Positions 48,945 to 60,380 of a DNA stretch of 64,000 bases are shown one piece after another (positions within the stretch are counted from its first letter, which is position 1; the number at the start of each line of letters is the position of its first letter). The notes below the pieces were generated by a model. It was given only the letters and a program-made list of their open reading frames with translations. It was not told where the DNA came from and made no database searches. The stretch comes from Heterodontus francisci (Eukaryota), in NCBI RefSeq assembly GCF_036365525.1, contig NC_090404.1, forward strand, positions 28,604,149 through 28,668,148, written 5' to 3'. The translations under genes and the position numbers were made by a program.

Positions 48945-49530
48945 TAGACATCACAGAAGGTTTAAGGTACACAAAGAGGCCACTTGGTCCATCGTTTCTG
49001 TGCTGGCTGTAAAACAATCCACCCTGTCTAATCCCACCTTCCAGCATTTGGTCCGTAGCCCTGCAGATTACAGCACTTGAGGTGTATATCCAGGCTCCTT
49101 TTAAATGAGATGAGGTTTTCTGCCTCAACTACCCTTTCAGGCAGTGAGTTACAAACCCCCACTACCCTCTGGGTAAAAAAAAAACCTTTCCTAAACTCCC
49201 CTCTAATTTTTCTACCAAACACTTTAAATCTATGCCCCCTTGTCACTGACCTCTCTGCTAAGGTGAATAGACCCTTCACCTCCTCTCTATCCAAGCCCCT
49301 CAAAAGTTTGTACATTTCAATCAGATCTGTCCTCAGCCTCCTCTGTTCCAAGAAGAACAATCCCAGCCTATCCAATCTTTCCTCATAGCTGCATTTTTCC
49401 AGTCCTGGCAACATCCCCGTAAACCTCCTCTGTACCCTCTCTAGTGCAATTACATCCTTTCTGTAATGAGGTGACCGGAAGTGCACACAGTAGTCAAGTT
49501 GTGGCCTAACTAATGAGTTGTACAGTTAAA
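48945..49530 (-). mobile_element. CR1 3' fragment
   Basis: ORF 49028..49486 is a CR1 RT C-terminus. Confidence 0.88.
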
Positions 49531-49729
49531 CAGTTTAAAACCATCTTTGAACAATTGCGGGAGAGAGAAATTGAAAGGTGACTTTGAATTCCCCAGTAGC
49601 AGAAGTCGACCAGAAGTCTGCAACACTTCAGCAAGTTCAAGATGACAAATATCCAGGCCTGCACCTTTGAAAAGACTTTCCTCCCTGGTCAATTCAACCA
49701 GGTTTTTGCAAAGCACAAAACTCTTACTT

Positions 49730-52700
49730 GTAGAGTGCCTCAGGGATTGTTACTTACAGCAATATGTTGCAGAACTTACCCGGGAACAGGCTATTTTAGA
49801 TTTGGTGTTGTGTAATGAGGTAGGATTAATAAGAGATCTCATAGTTAAGGATCCTTTAGGGGGAAGCGATCATAACATGGTAGAATTTCAAATTCAGTTT
49901 GAGGGTGAGCAACTCGGGTCTCAAACCAGTGTCTTCAACTTAAACAAGGAGAATTACAGTGGTATGAAGAAAGAGTTGTCTAAAGCGGGCTGGGAAGATA
50001 GACTACAGGGGAAGTCAGTAGATGAGCAGTGGCAGACTTTTAAGCAGATATTTCATAACACTCAGCAAACATTTATTCCAGTCAGAAGGAAGGACTCGAT
50101 AAGAACGATGAACCACCCATGGATAACAAAAGAAGTTAAGGAGAGTATAAAATAGCGTCATGGAGAGATACAGCACTGAAACAGGCCCTTCGGCCCACTG
50201 AGTCTGTGCTGACCATCAGCCACCCATTTATACTAATCCTACATTAATCCAATATTCCTTACCACACCCCCACCATTCTCCTACAACCTACCTACACTAG
50301 GGGCAATTTACAATGGCCAATTTACCTATCAACCTGCAAGTCCTTGGCTATGGGAGGAAACTGGATCACCCGGCAGAAACCCACACAGTCACAAGGAGAA
50401 CTTGCAAACTTGCACAGGCAGTACCCAGGTCACTGGAGCTATGAGGCTGCAGTACTAACCACTGCACTACCCTGAAAGTCGAAAGCAAAGCTGTACAATG
50501 CAGCGAAAATGAGTGGTAGGCCAGAGGATTGGGAATGTTTTAGAAACCAGCAGCGGATGACTAAAAAACTAATAAAGAGGGAGAAAACTGATTCTGAGAG
50601 TAAATTGGCAAGAAATATAAAAACAAACAGTAAAAGCTTCTACGGGTAAATTAAAAGGAAGAGAGTAGCTAAAGTAAGTGTGGGACCCTTAGACGATGAG
50701 AATGGGGATTAGGAACAGGGAAATGGCAGCTAATTTAAACCAATATTTTGCATCAGTCTTCATGGTGGATGACACTATAAACATCCCAACAATAATAGAT
50801 GAGCAAGGTGTAAATGGAAGGGAGAAACTTGTAACAATCTCTATCATGAGGGAAAAGGTGCTGGACAAACTGATGGGACTAAAGACAGACAAGTCACCAG
50901 GACCTGATGACCTGCATCCAAGGGTTTTAAAAGAAGTGGCTGCAGAGATAGTGGAGGCATTGGTCATAATATACCAAACTCACTGGATTCTGGTAGGGTA
51001 CCAGCAGATTGGAAAACCGCTAATGTGACGCCCCTATTCAAGCAAGGAGGGAGACAGAAAGCAGGAAATTATAGACCAATTAGTTTAACATCAGTCATTG
51101 GGAAAATGCTTGAGTCGATTATTAAGGAAGAAATAGCAGGACATTTCGAAAAATATAATGCAATCAAACAGAGTCAACATGGTTTGATGAAAGGGAAATC
51201 ATGTTTGACAAATTTGTTAAAGTTCTTTGAGGATATAACAAGCAGAGTGGATAAAGGTGAACCAGCATATTTATATTTTATATTTAGAGATACAGCACTG
51301 AAACAGGCCCTTCGGCCCACCGAGTCTGTGCCGACCAACAACCACACATTTATACTAACCCTGCAGTAATCCCATAATCCCTACGACCTACCTACACAAG
51401 GGGCAATTTACAATGACCAATTTACCTATCAACCTGCAAGTCTTTGGCTGTGGGAGGAAACCGGAGCACCCGGCGAAAACCCACACGGTCACAGGGAGAA
51501 CTTGCGAACTCCGCACAGGCAGTACCCAGAATTGAACCCAGGTCCCTGGAGCTGTGAGGCTGCAGTGCTAACCACTGCACCAAGGTTGTGTATTTGGATT
51601 TTCAGAAGGCATTTGATAAGGTGCCACATGAAAGGTTATTGCACAAAATAGGAGCTCAGGGTATTGGGGGTAATGTGTTGGCATGTATTGAGGACTGGCT
51701 AACACTCAGAAGGCAGAGAGTTGGGATCAATGGGTCTTTTTCAGGCTGGAAAGCCGTAACTAGTGGGGTGCCACAAGGATTGGTCCGAGGGCCTCAACTA
51801 TTTGCTATCTATATTAATGACTAAGATGAAGGGACAGAGTGTAGTGTATCCAAATTTTCTGATGATACAAAAATAGGTGGGAAGGCATGTTGTGATGAGG
51901 ACACAAAGAATCTGCAAAGGGATATAGATAGGTTAAGTGAATGGGCAAAAACTTGGCAGATGGTGTTCAATGTGGGAAAGTGTGAGGTCATCCACTTTGG
52001 TAGGAAGAATAAAAAGGCAGATTATTATTTAGATGGAGAAAGACTACAAAATACTGCAGTACAGAGGGATCGGGGTGTTCTTGTACAGGAAACACAAAAG
52101 GTTAGCATGCAGGTTTGGCAAGTAATTAGGAAGACAAGTGGTATTTTGGCCTTTATTGCTTGGGGGTTAGAGTTTATAAATAGGGAAGTCTTGTTACAAT
52201 TGTACAGGGTGTTGGTGAGGCCACACCTGGAGTACTGCAAACAGTTTTGGTCCCTATATTTAAGGAAGGATATACTAGCATTGGAGGCAGTTCAGAAAAG
52301 GTTCACTAGGCTGATTCCTGGGATGAAGGGGCTGGCTTATCAAGAACGACTAAACAGGTTAGGACTTTATTCATTGGAGTTTAGAAGAATGAGAGGTGAT
52401 CTTACAGAAACATATAAGATTCTCAGAGGGCTTGACAGGGTAGATGTTGAGAATATGTTTCCACTAGTAGGGGAATCTCGAACTAGGGGACATAGTTACA
52501 GAATAAGGGGGCACACATTTAAAACTGAGATGCGAAGGAATTTCTTCTCTGAGGGTGGTGAATCTCTGGAATTCTCTACCTCAGAGAGTTGTGGAGGCCA
52601 GGTCACTAATTGTATTTAAGGAGGAGGTAGATAGATTTTTGAAATGTCGTGAGTCGAGGATTAGGCAGAGCAGGCCTGAAAGAGAAGTTGAGGCCTGGGA

Positions 52701-52790
52701 CAGATCAGCCATGATCTTATTGAATGGTGGTGCAGGCTTGAGGGGCTGAATGGCCTACTCCTGCTCCTATTTCCTGTGTTCTTATGTTCT
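49730..52790 (+). mobile_element. CR1 ORF2 (end of EN, RT, 3' UTR) interrupted by two antisense HE1-like SINEs (~50155-50470, ~51270-51582)
   Basis: LDLVL/SDHN, SPGPD, NYRPISLTS, YLDFQKAFD and SGVPQG motifs, and a TGTTCTTATGTTCTTA tail. Confidence 0.9.
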
Positions 52791-53084
52791 TACATCACTT
52801 GGGACTTAAAGTACATCTTACCTTTTCCTTTCTATCTATCTATCCTTATGTGTGTTTATGTATATGAATGCGTGAGTGGGTGAAGGTGCGAACAATTCAG
52901 TTATTGTGGAAAAAATAGTTATCTTTGTTTCTTTAAACCTATGAGAAAACCTGTTGTTGGTCTGTTTATTTGACCCTTAAAACACTCAGTGGCTGAAACA
53001 CTAGTTTAATAAAAACACTATCTGTGGTCAGTTGGGAGGTGAAAAGTGGAAGCCAGTCACCCCATTTCCTACCTGTCTGTAACA

Positions 53085-54750
53085 GGGGACTGAGTGTAAT
53101 GTATCCAGGTTTACTGATGATATAGAGTTAGGAGGGAAAGTAAGCAGTGAGGAGGACACAAACAGACTGCAGAGGGATATAGACAGGTTGAGTGGGAGGG
53201 CAAGAACATGACAGTTGGAATACAAGGAGGCAAAGTGTGAAGTCATCCACTTTGATAGGAATTTTTTTTTTTTTAAATCACAATTTTTCATGAATGGTGA
53301 GAGACTGAGAAATGTTTGCATTCAGAAGGACTTGGTGTCCTTTACATGAATCACAGAAAGTTAACATGCAGGTACAGCAAGCAATTAGGAAGGCAAATGG
53401 TATGTTAGCTTTTGTTACAAAGGGATTGGGGTATAAGAGTAAAGAAACCTCATTGCAATTATACAGGACATTGGTGAGGCCCCACCTGGAGTACTGTGCG
53501 CAGTTTGGTCTCCTTACCTAAGGAGGGACATACTTGCCCTTGAGGGAATGCAACGAACGTTCACTAGTCTGGGTCCTGCGATGAGACAATTGTTCTATTT
53601 ATTCACAGAATGTGGGTGTTGCATTTATTGCCCATCCGTAATTGCCCTTGAGAAGGTGGTGGTGAGCCACCTCCTTGAATATAACTATAACTTACTAGGC
53701 CGTTTTACAGGACAGTTAAGTCAACCACATTTCTGCGGGTCTGCAGTCACACCTAGGCCAGATTGGTTAAGGATGGTTAATTTTCTTTCGAGAAAGAAAC
53801 TAGGTGAGTTTTCAGGACAATCTAGTAGTTTCATTGTCACCATTACTGATACCAGCTTTCTTAATCCAAGATTTATTTGATTAATTGAGTTTAACTCACT
53901 GAGCTGCCGTGGTGGGATTTGAATTCAGTCTCTGCATCATTAACCCAGCCTCTGGATTATTAGTTCACTAACATAATCACTATGCTACAGCACCCCCACA
54001 ATACTCCAGTTTCTCCAATGAGGAGAGATTGAGTAGACTAGGGCTATATTCCCTGGAGTTAAGAAGAATGAGAGGTGATCTGACTGAAACATAAATTTTT
54101 AAGGGACTTGGCAGGGTTGATGCTGAGAAAATGTTTCCCCTGTCTGGGGAATCTTGGGCGGCACAGTGACGCAGTGGTTAGCACCGCAGCCTCACAGCTC
54201 CAGGGACCCGGGTTCAATTCTGGGTACTGCCTGTGAACACATGGGTTTTCGCCGGGTGCTCCGGTTTCCTCCCATCGCCAAAGACTTGCAGGTGATAAGT
54301 AAATTGGCCATTGTAAATTGCCCCTAGTGTAGGTAAGTGGTAGGGAATATGGGATTACTGTAGGGTTAGTATAAATGGGTGGCTCTTGGTCGGCATAGAC
54401 TCGGTGGGCTGAAGGGCCTGTTTCAGTGCTGTATCTAAAATAAATAAATAACACTGGGTCACAGTCTCAGGATAAGGGATCGGCCATTTAGGACTGAGAT
54501 GAGGAGAAATTTCTTCACTGAAAGGGTTGTGAATCTTTGGAATTGTCTTCCCCAGGGAGCTGTGGATGCTCAGTTGTTGAGTATATTTAAGACAGAGATT
54601 GATAGATTTTTGGGTACTGAGGGAATTAAGGGATATGGGGAGAGTGTGGGAAGGTGGAGTTGAGATAGATGATCTGTCATGATCTTGGTGAATGGGAGAG
54701 CAGGCTCGAAGGGCCAAATGGCCTCCTCCAGCTTCTATTTCTTATGTTCA
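53085..54750 (+). mobile_element. CR1 3' fragment interrupted by SINE-like insertions
   Basis: ORF 53312..53521 RT tail, and 3' UTR to ~54750. Confidence 0.8.
54156..54451 (+). mobile_element. HE1-like V-SINE (tRNA head, V domain, CR1-derived tail)
   Basis: GGGCGGCACAGTGACGCAGTGGTTAGCACC A-box, GGTTCAATTC B-box, CCGGTTTCCTCCC V-core and an AAATAAATAA tail. Confidence 0.85.
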
Positions 54751-55363
54751 TTAAACCTCAGTCTGGTTCCTCTCAAGCTGCTGAGTGAGTGAATTAAATC
54801 TTTCTTGACAAATCACCAAGATACCAGACGACAAGTCATGGCCAAAACATCATTTATTGGTTACAGAGACACTTTATAAACATGTAACACATAGAAATGT
54901 AATCAGAGTTATCCAGCAGTTGAGCACTAATAATGTCAAATGAGCTGTGTCAGTTCTCAGGTGGTCTCTGCTAAGATATCCCATGAAGGCAAAAACAAAC
55001 ATTGGGAATTGGTCTGTGTTTATACATACCTCCTTTTTGGCCATTTACAGAAAACTGACACACTGAAGTGATGAAGGAGTATGCAGTTCCACCCACTTGC
55101 TTTCCTGGTTGAAGTTCATTTCCACTGAGGTGGAACACTATTAACAATAAAGATGACTTAAAAACAAGTAAAAAGACCACCGGGAAGCTTTGTGGTTGTC
55201 TGACATTGAAGAAAAATATCGGAACTGACAGTGAACTGAGAGGTGCAATTTTTTTTTTAAGGTCAGTCTTTTGGTCAAGGTCGAAAAGGGAGAAGCCAAT
55301 GGTGGATTTACGAGACCCCAGTATTGGAAATCTGCTACGTGGTGGAAATTTCTTATCCCTGAA

Positions 55364-55981
55364 TTATTTGTGAACTCCCTGGTGTTTCAGAAGGTTGGAT
55401 GACTGAGTGAATTCCTTCCCACACTCTGAGCAAGTGAACGCCCTCTCCTCTGTGTGAACTTGCTGGTGTCTCAGCAGGGTGGATGAGTGAATGAAGTTCT
55501 TCCCAGAATCGGAGTAGGTGAACGGCCTCTCCCCAGTGTGAACTCGCTGGTGTACAATGAGTTCAGATGATCGCTTGAACCCAGTCCCGCAGTGAGAACA
55601 CCTTAACGATCTCTCGTCAGTGTGAACACGTTGATGGATTATCAGTTTGGCCGAACATTTACAGCAATTCCCACAGTCTGGACAAGGTCTCTCCCCAATG
55701 TGAACTCGCTGGTGTGTCAGCAGGTCGGATGTTTGAGTGAATCTCTTCCCACACTCAGAGCAGGTGAATGGCCTCTCCAGGGTGTGACTGCATGGATGAG
55801 TTTCCAGCTCAACTGGATAATTCAATCCCTTTCCACAGTCCCCATATTTACATGGTTTCTTCCCAGTGCGACTGCAATTGTGATGCGACAGGCCCGATGA
55901 TCGGCTGAAACCTTGTCCACACACAGAACACGTGTGCAGTTTCTCCCCAATGCGCTCGGTGCTTTTTCCTTTCACGTTCAA
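55364..55981 (-). pseudogene. C2H2 ZNF paralog of 18421-19794; 7 finger units, open frame but start ATG changed to GTG; probable pseudogene
   Basis: Same N-terminal fingers ([30 protein letters not shown]), same acceptor (~56085) and homologous 3' UTR. Three fingers are degenerate. Confidence 0.75.
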
Positions 55982-57849
55982 AATCTGGTGATATTCGGGT
56001 TACGATAAACTGGGCGACTCCTTCAGGTTCTCATCTGACATTTGCTTTGCATTTCCTGGCTGCAAATCCTCCCGTTCTAAAACCCTGTGAAATTAATTTT
56101 ATAAAGAATAAAATCAGAGTGCAGACTGCAAGCTGAGTGTGGAGATTCAAGTTTTGTGAGTGGCGAGTTTGGTGAAGGGGGGAGGAGGTGCTCCATTTTT
56201 CTACTTTTTTTCATACTTTTTAATGCTCCAGTATTTGGTTCCTGCTTCAGTGCAGTGGAAGTAGTTGTTTGATGAGTACCTGTAAAGTTAAGGTATGGGA
56301 CACCTCCATTTTAAAATACTCATCCTTTCTTTCAAATCCCTTCATTCCCTCACCATCTCTATAATCTCCTCCAGTCCTACAACCCTCCGAGAGATCAGGG
56401 CTCATCTAATTCTGGCATCTTGAGCATCCCTGATTTTCATTGCTCCATCACTGGTGGCCGTGCCTTCAGCTGCCAAGGCCATAACCTTTGGAAATCCCTC
56501 CCTAATCCTCTCCTTCCATGATTCAGACACTGATTAAAACCCACCTCTCTGATCAAGCTTTTGGTCATCTGCCCTAATATCTCCTTATGTGGCTCAGTGT
56601 CAAATCTTGCTTTATAACACTCCTGTGAAACGCCTTGAAACATTTTCTTACATTAAAGGCGCTATATAAATGCAAGTTGTTGTTGACTTGGGCATATAGC
56701 ACCGTTCCTTGATCATCACTGGGTGAAAATCCCGTAACCCCTTCCCAACTCCATTGTGGGAGCATCTTCACCACACGGACTGCAGTGGTTCAAGAAGAAG
56801 GCCCACCATCACCTTCTCAATGGACAACTGGGGATTGGTAATATATGTTGGTCTGGCTAGTGACGCCCATATCCCAAGAATGAAGTTTAAAAAAAATCAG
56901 TATCTGTAAAATGGATTAAAAGCCTCTACAGAAATATTGTTACTAAAACAATACTCTTTTACACTGAGTGGTTGGTGTTTGTTTAGTAACCTCACTACCC
57001 CTGGAATCTAACTCCCTTGAGAGTCTCACATTCGAAATTATTGGACCTAACTAGGCTCAATGTTACTCTGGGTTAAACCGAGCAGCTTCTCCTCCATCTC
57101 CACTCCAGCTCAAACTGGTACAACAAAACATATCTACACGGTAGGTTAGGGATTGTCTTTCACATCCAATACCCACCCCAATGCAAGGTGGCATTTAATT
57201 GATCCATCTGTGTTTCTGAAGTCAGTTCTGTGAGCAATCCCTGCAATAAAACTAAAGCAAAATACTGCAGATACTGGAAATCTGAAATAAAAGGAGAAAA
57301 TACTGGAAATACTCAGCAGGTCAGGCAGCATCTGTGGAGAGAGAAACAGAGTTAACGTTTCAGATGCATTGAGATGCCTGCAGCCTGGAACTCGGTGTGG
57401 GAGGAGGAGGAAGAATGAGGAGAGGCAATATAGTCCAACACTCACAGCAACCTACAATCCACCTACATTACCGGGATAGGGAGACGGAATTTAGAAACAC
57501 TCACCAACACGACTCCAGTAAAAGATTGCAGGAGGAAAAGGGGGAGCAGTGTGTGTACCTGCCCTGATATCCCCCCCCCCAGGCCTGTCAGTCAAACCCC
57601 CCACTCCTCCCAGTCCACAGCTCAGCCGAGCAGCTTCCTGCATCTTGAGCCAGCCCTGCCCAGGTGTGGCCCAGTGCAAGGGGAGTCTTTGTGGAACCAG
57701 GGAGTTGGGGAGGGGGGACCTCTTGCCCTGTGCTGTGTCCCAAATGGTTCCTCCCTCCCCTCCCCCTTTATAATTGAGCTCAGTTTCTTTTAAAGTTTTG
57801 TCCTTTGACGGTCCAGTTTATTAATCTTTAATTCCTCCAAAAGAGCTGG

Positions 57850-58810
57850 AAATCTGGTGGCCGTTAACCCCGGGCCTGTCACCGGGAGAAGCCCCGCTCG
57901 CTGTAAACGCGGGACCGGGAGTTTCTTGTTGTGGGTTTTGAGGCGTACACCGGGTATTTCTGAAGGTAACCTGCAGCAGATGCGACTTGCAATGCAAATG
58001 TTCCAACACTATTGGGTACTGCGCATGCTCCAAACGCTGATTGGAGCGGCGCATGCGCACTGGCTTCCAGCGCTGAGAATGCTGGGTCAGGGCCGTTGAC
58101 TGCCTCAATCCGAGTAGTTGCGAGTAGTTGGGAATGGCGAGCAGACGGCGCGAGAGGGGAAGCAACAAATGAACGGGCGACTGAAGCGGCGATCGGATGG
58201 GGACCTGAATGCGGCGAGTGCGACGCTGACCATTGAGGCGGTTTGGGTTTAATTTGTTCTTTGTGTCAAATTACTACTGGCAGCTGCGGACAGTGACGTT
58301 TGAGGTCGGTGAGGCTGCATTTGCGCATGTGTCAGTGGCGCACCACCTAGCGGTTGCGTTGCCAGCAAACGCGTCCTGAATATATGTTCACTGTTTTATG
58401 CTACTGTATTTTTCTGAGTATGAAACGTGAACTCTCCGTTCAATCTAGTACAGATAAATGGCAGAATATGGTGCCCAGAATGCGCCGCGCGCAGTAATAC
58501 GGCCTATCTCCCTCAGAAGGACCGTAATGCGCAGGTGCGGGAAGGCTCCGCCCCCGGAGCCTGCCTGTCTGCGCGGAGCATGCGCGGTGCGGCTCCAGGA
58601 AGCTGAGCGCGGCAGAGCGCGACTTCCGAGGAGTCTCAGCGGCAATCAGACCCGCCGAATTCGGCGGACGTGTGGCGAGGGGCCCGCGGGGAGGGAGGGG
58701 GCACCATGAAAGCGATCGAGCAGCGTCTCCCCCATCCTAGCCGCCGTTTCCCGGTTTCTTGTCCCGTTTGCACCGACTCAGGAAGCCTGTGAGTTGATTG
58801 GCTGGTAAGT
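57850..58810. promoter_or_regulatory. CpG island / probable bidirectional promoter with NRF1 and CTCF-like motifs
   Basis: Dense CpG, TGCGCATGC and GCGCATGCGCA (~58020-58060), CACCACCTAGCGG (58341-58353) and splice-donor-like GTAAGT (~58805). Confidence 0.7.
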
Positions 58811-58959
58811 ATTGTAGCTTTGGTTCCCTTTCTCCAAAGTTAGGAAGTTAGTCCAAGGAGCTGGAAATTAAACATTCCAGTTTCCATCAGAATAAGGGGC
58901 AGCTTCCCGAGATTTAAGTGACACCAATAGAAGGGAAGTGAGTAGCTGACAAGAACACG

Positions 58960-60085
58960 ATCAATAAGAGCAGGAGTAGACCATATGGCCCATCGAGCTT
59001 GTGCTGCCATTCGCTCCGATCATGGCTGATCTTAAGATTCAATTCCACTTTCCTGCCTGCTCACCATTTCCCTTGATCCCCTGGGACACCAAAAATCTAT
59101 CTATCCCAGCCTTAAATGTATTCAATGATGGAGCATCCACAACCCTCAGGGGTAGAGAATTCCAAAGATTCACAACCTTAGAGCAAAGTCATTTCTCCTC
59201 ATCTCAGTCCTAAATGATCGGCCGCGTAGCCGGAGACTGTGCCCCCGTGTTTTAGATTCCCCAACCAGTGGGAGTAATCTCTCAGTGTCTACCCTATCTA
59301 GCCTCTTTAGAACCTTGTGTTTCAATGAGATGACCTCTCATTCTCCAGAGAATACAGGTCCAATTTATTCAGCCTCTCATCCCAAGGACCAATCTAGTGC
59401 CTTCACTCTACCACCTTCAATGCAAGTATATCCTTTCTTAAATGTGGAGACCAAAACTGCACACAGTTTTAGGTGGTGGATTTTCTCTTTTTTTAAAGTA
59501 GTAATGTTTATTATTATTAGTAAGGTTTATTAGTAGTAGCAAGGTTTATTATCTGATAGATAGAGGAATGGCAGGGCTGCTCTAACCTCTAGAGTGCACA
59601 TCCTGTACTATGTGGGAACTCAAGGACACTTCACGTGCCCTGATCACCATTTGGGCGGGAAATGTCGTCAGTTGCAGCAGCACAATCTCCGGGTTTTGGA
59701 GCATGAGCAGCAGCTGGCATCACTGCGGCACATCCGTGAGGTTCAGAGCTTTGTGGACAGCACGTTGATCGATGTGGTCACCCTGCAGCTTAAGAGCATG
59801 TAGGGAGAGAGGCAGTGGGTGGCCAACAGATAGTCATGAAGAAACAGGCAGGTAGTGCAGGAGTGCCCTGAGTGCATCTCACTCACACACAGCTCTGAGT
59901 ACTGATGAATTTGAAGGTTGATCTGGGGAGTACAGCCAAGTCCATGGCATCACGGTTGGTTCAGCTGCACTGGGGGGCACAAAGCAGACTGGATGCGCAA
60001 CCATAGGAGATTAGATAGTTAGGGGAATAGACGGGTGTTTCTGCAGCCGCAGACATGAACCCAAGATGGTGTGTTGCCTCCCTCA
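58960..60085. mobile_element. CR1 3' fragment (minus, 58960-59470) and CR1 ORF1 5' fragment (plus, ~59490-60085)
   Basis: CTSCTMWE...KCRQLQQ.NLRVLEHEQQLASLRHIRE is a CR1 ORF1 zinc-finger/leucine-zipper remnant. Confidence 0.8.
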
Positions 60086-60195
60086 GGACACTGTGCAGCA
60101 GGGCGCATGCGCGGCTCGAGGAAGCAGGAGGAGAGAATATTGTGAACTTCTATCCTGGACTGACGGTGATGACTTTTGTAAACTCCTTTTACAAG

Positions 60196-60380
60196 GTCTT
60201 TGAAGGGGAGGATTTACAGATGGCAAACACAAACCAAACATCAGATCAAGATCTGACAGTCACTCGATTCATCAGGACCTGAATATCATCAGCCTTTGAA
60301 TGTGGAAGGAAAAAGGTTTGTCTGTTCTGTCTGTGGGAAAAGATTTCCAGTATCAGTGTGAGTGGAAAAACACTGAGATA
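60196..60380 (+). pseudogene. Truncated ZNF exon (unit P6), same CR1 junction as P1 and P2
   Basis: VFEGEDLQMANTNQTSDQDL leader and [10 protein letters not shown], then GAGATACACAAAGCCCTGGTTAGACC. Confidence 0.75.

Noticed and set aside
52790-53083. Possible solo-LTR fragment ending TGTAACA with AATAAA
   Set aside because: No partner LTR, TSD or PBS is visible; too weak to call.
54156-54230. tRNA-like sequences at SINE heads (also ~34365 and ~51580) as tRNA genes
   Set aside because: They continue into V- or Deu-domain cores and LINE-derived tails, so they are SINEs.
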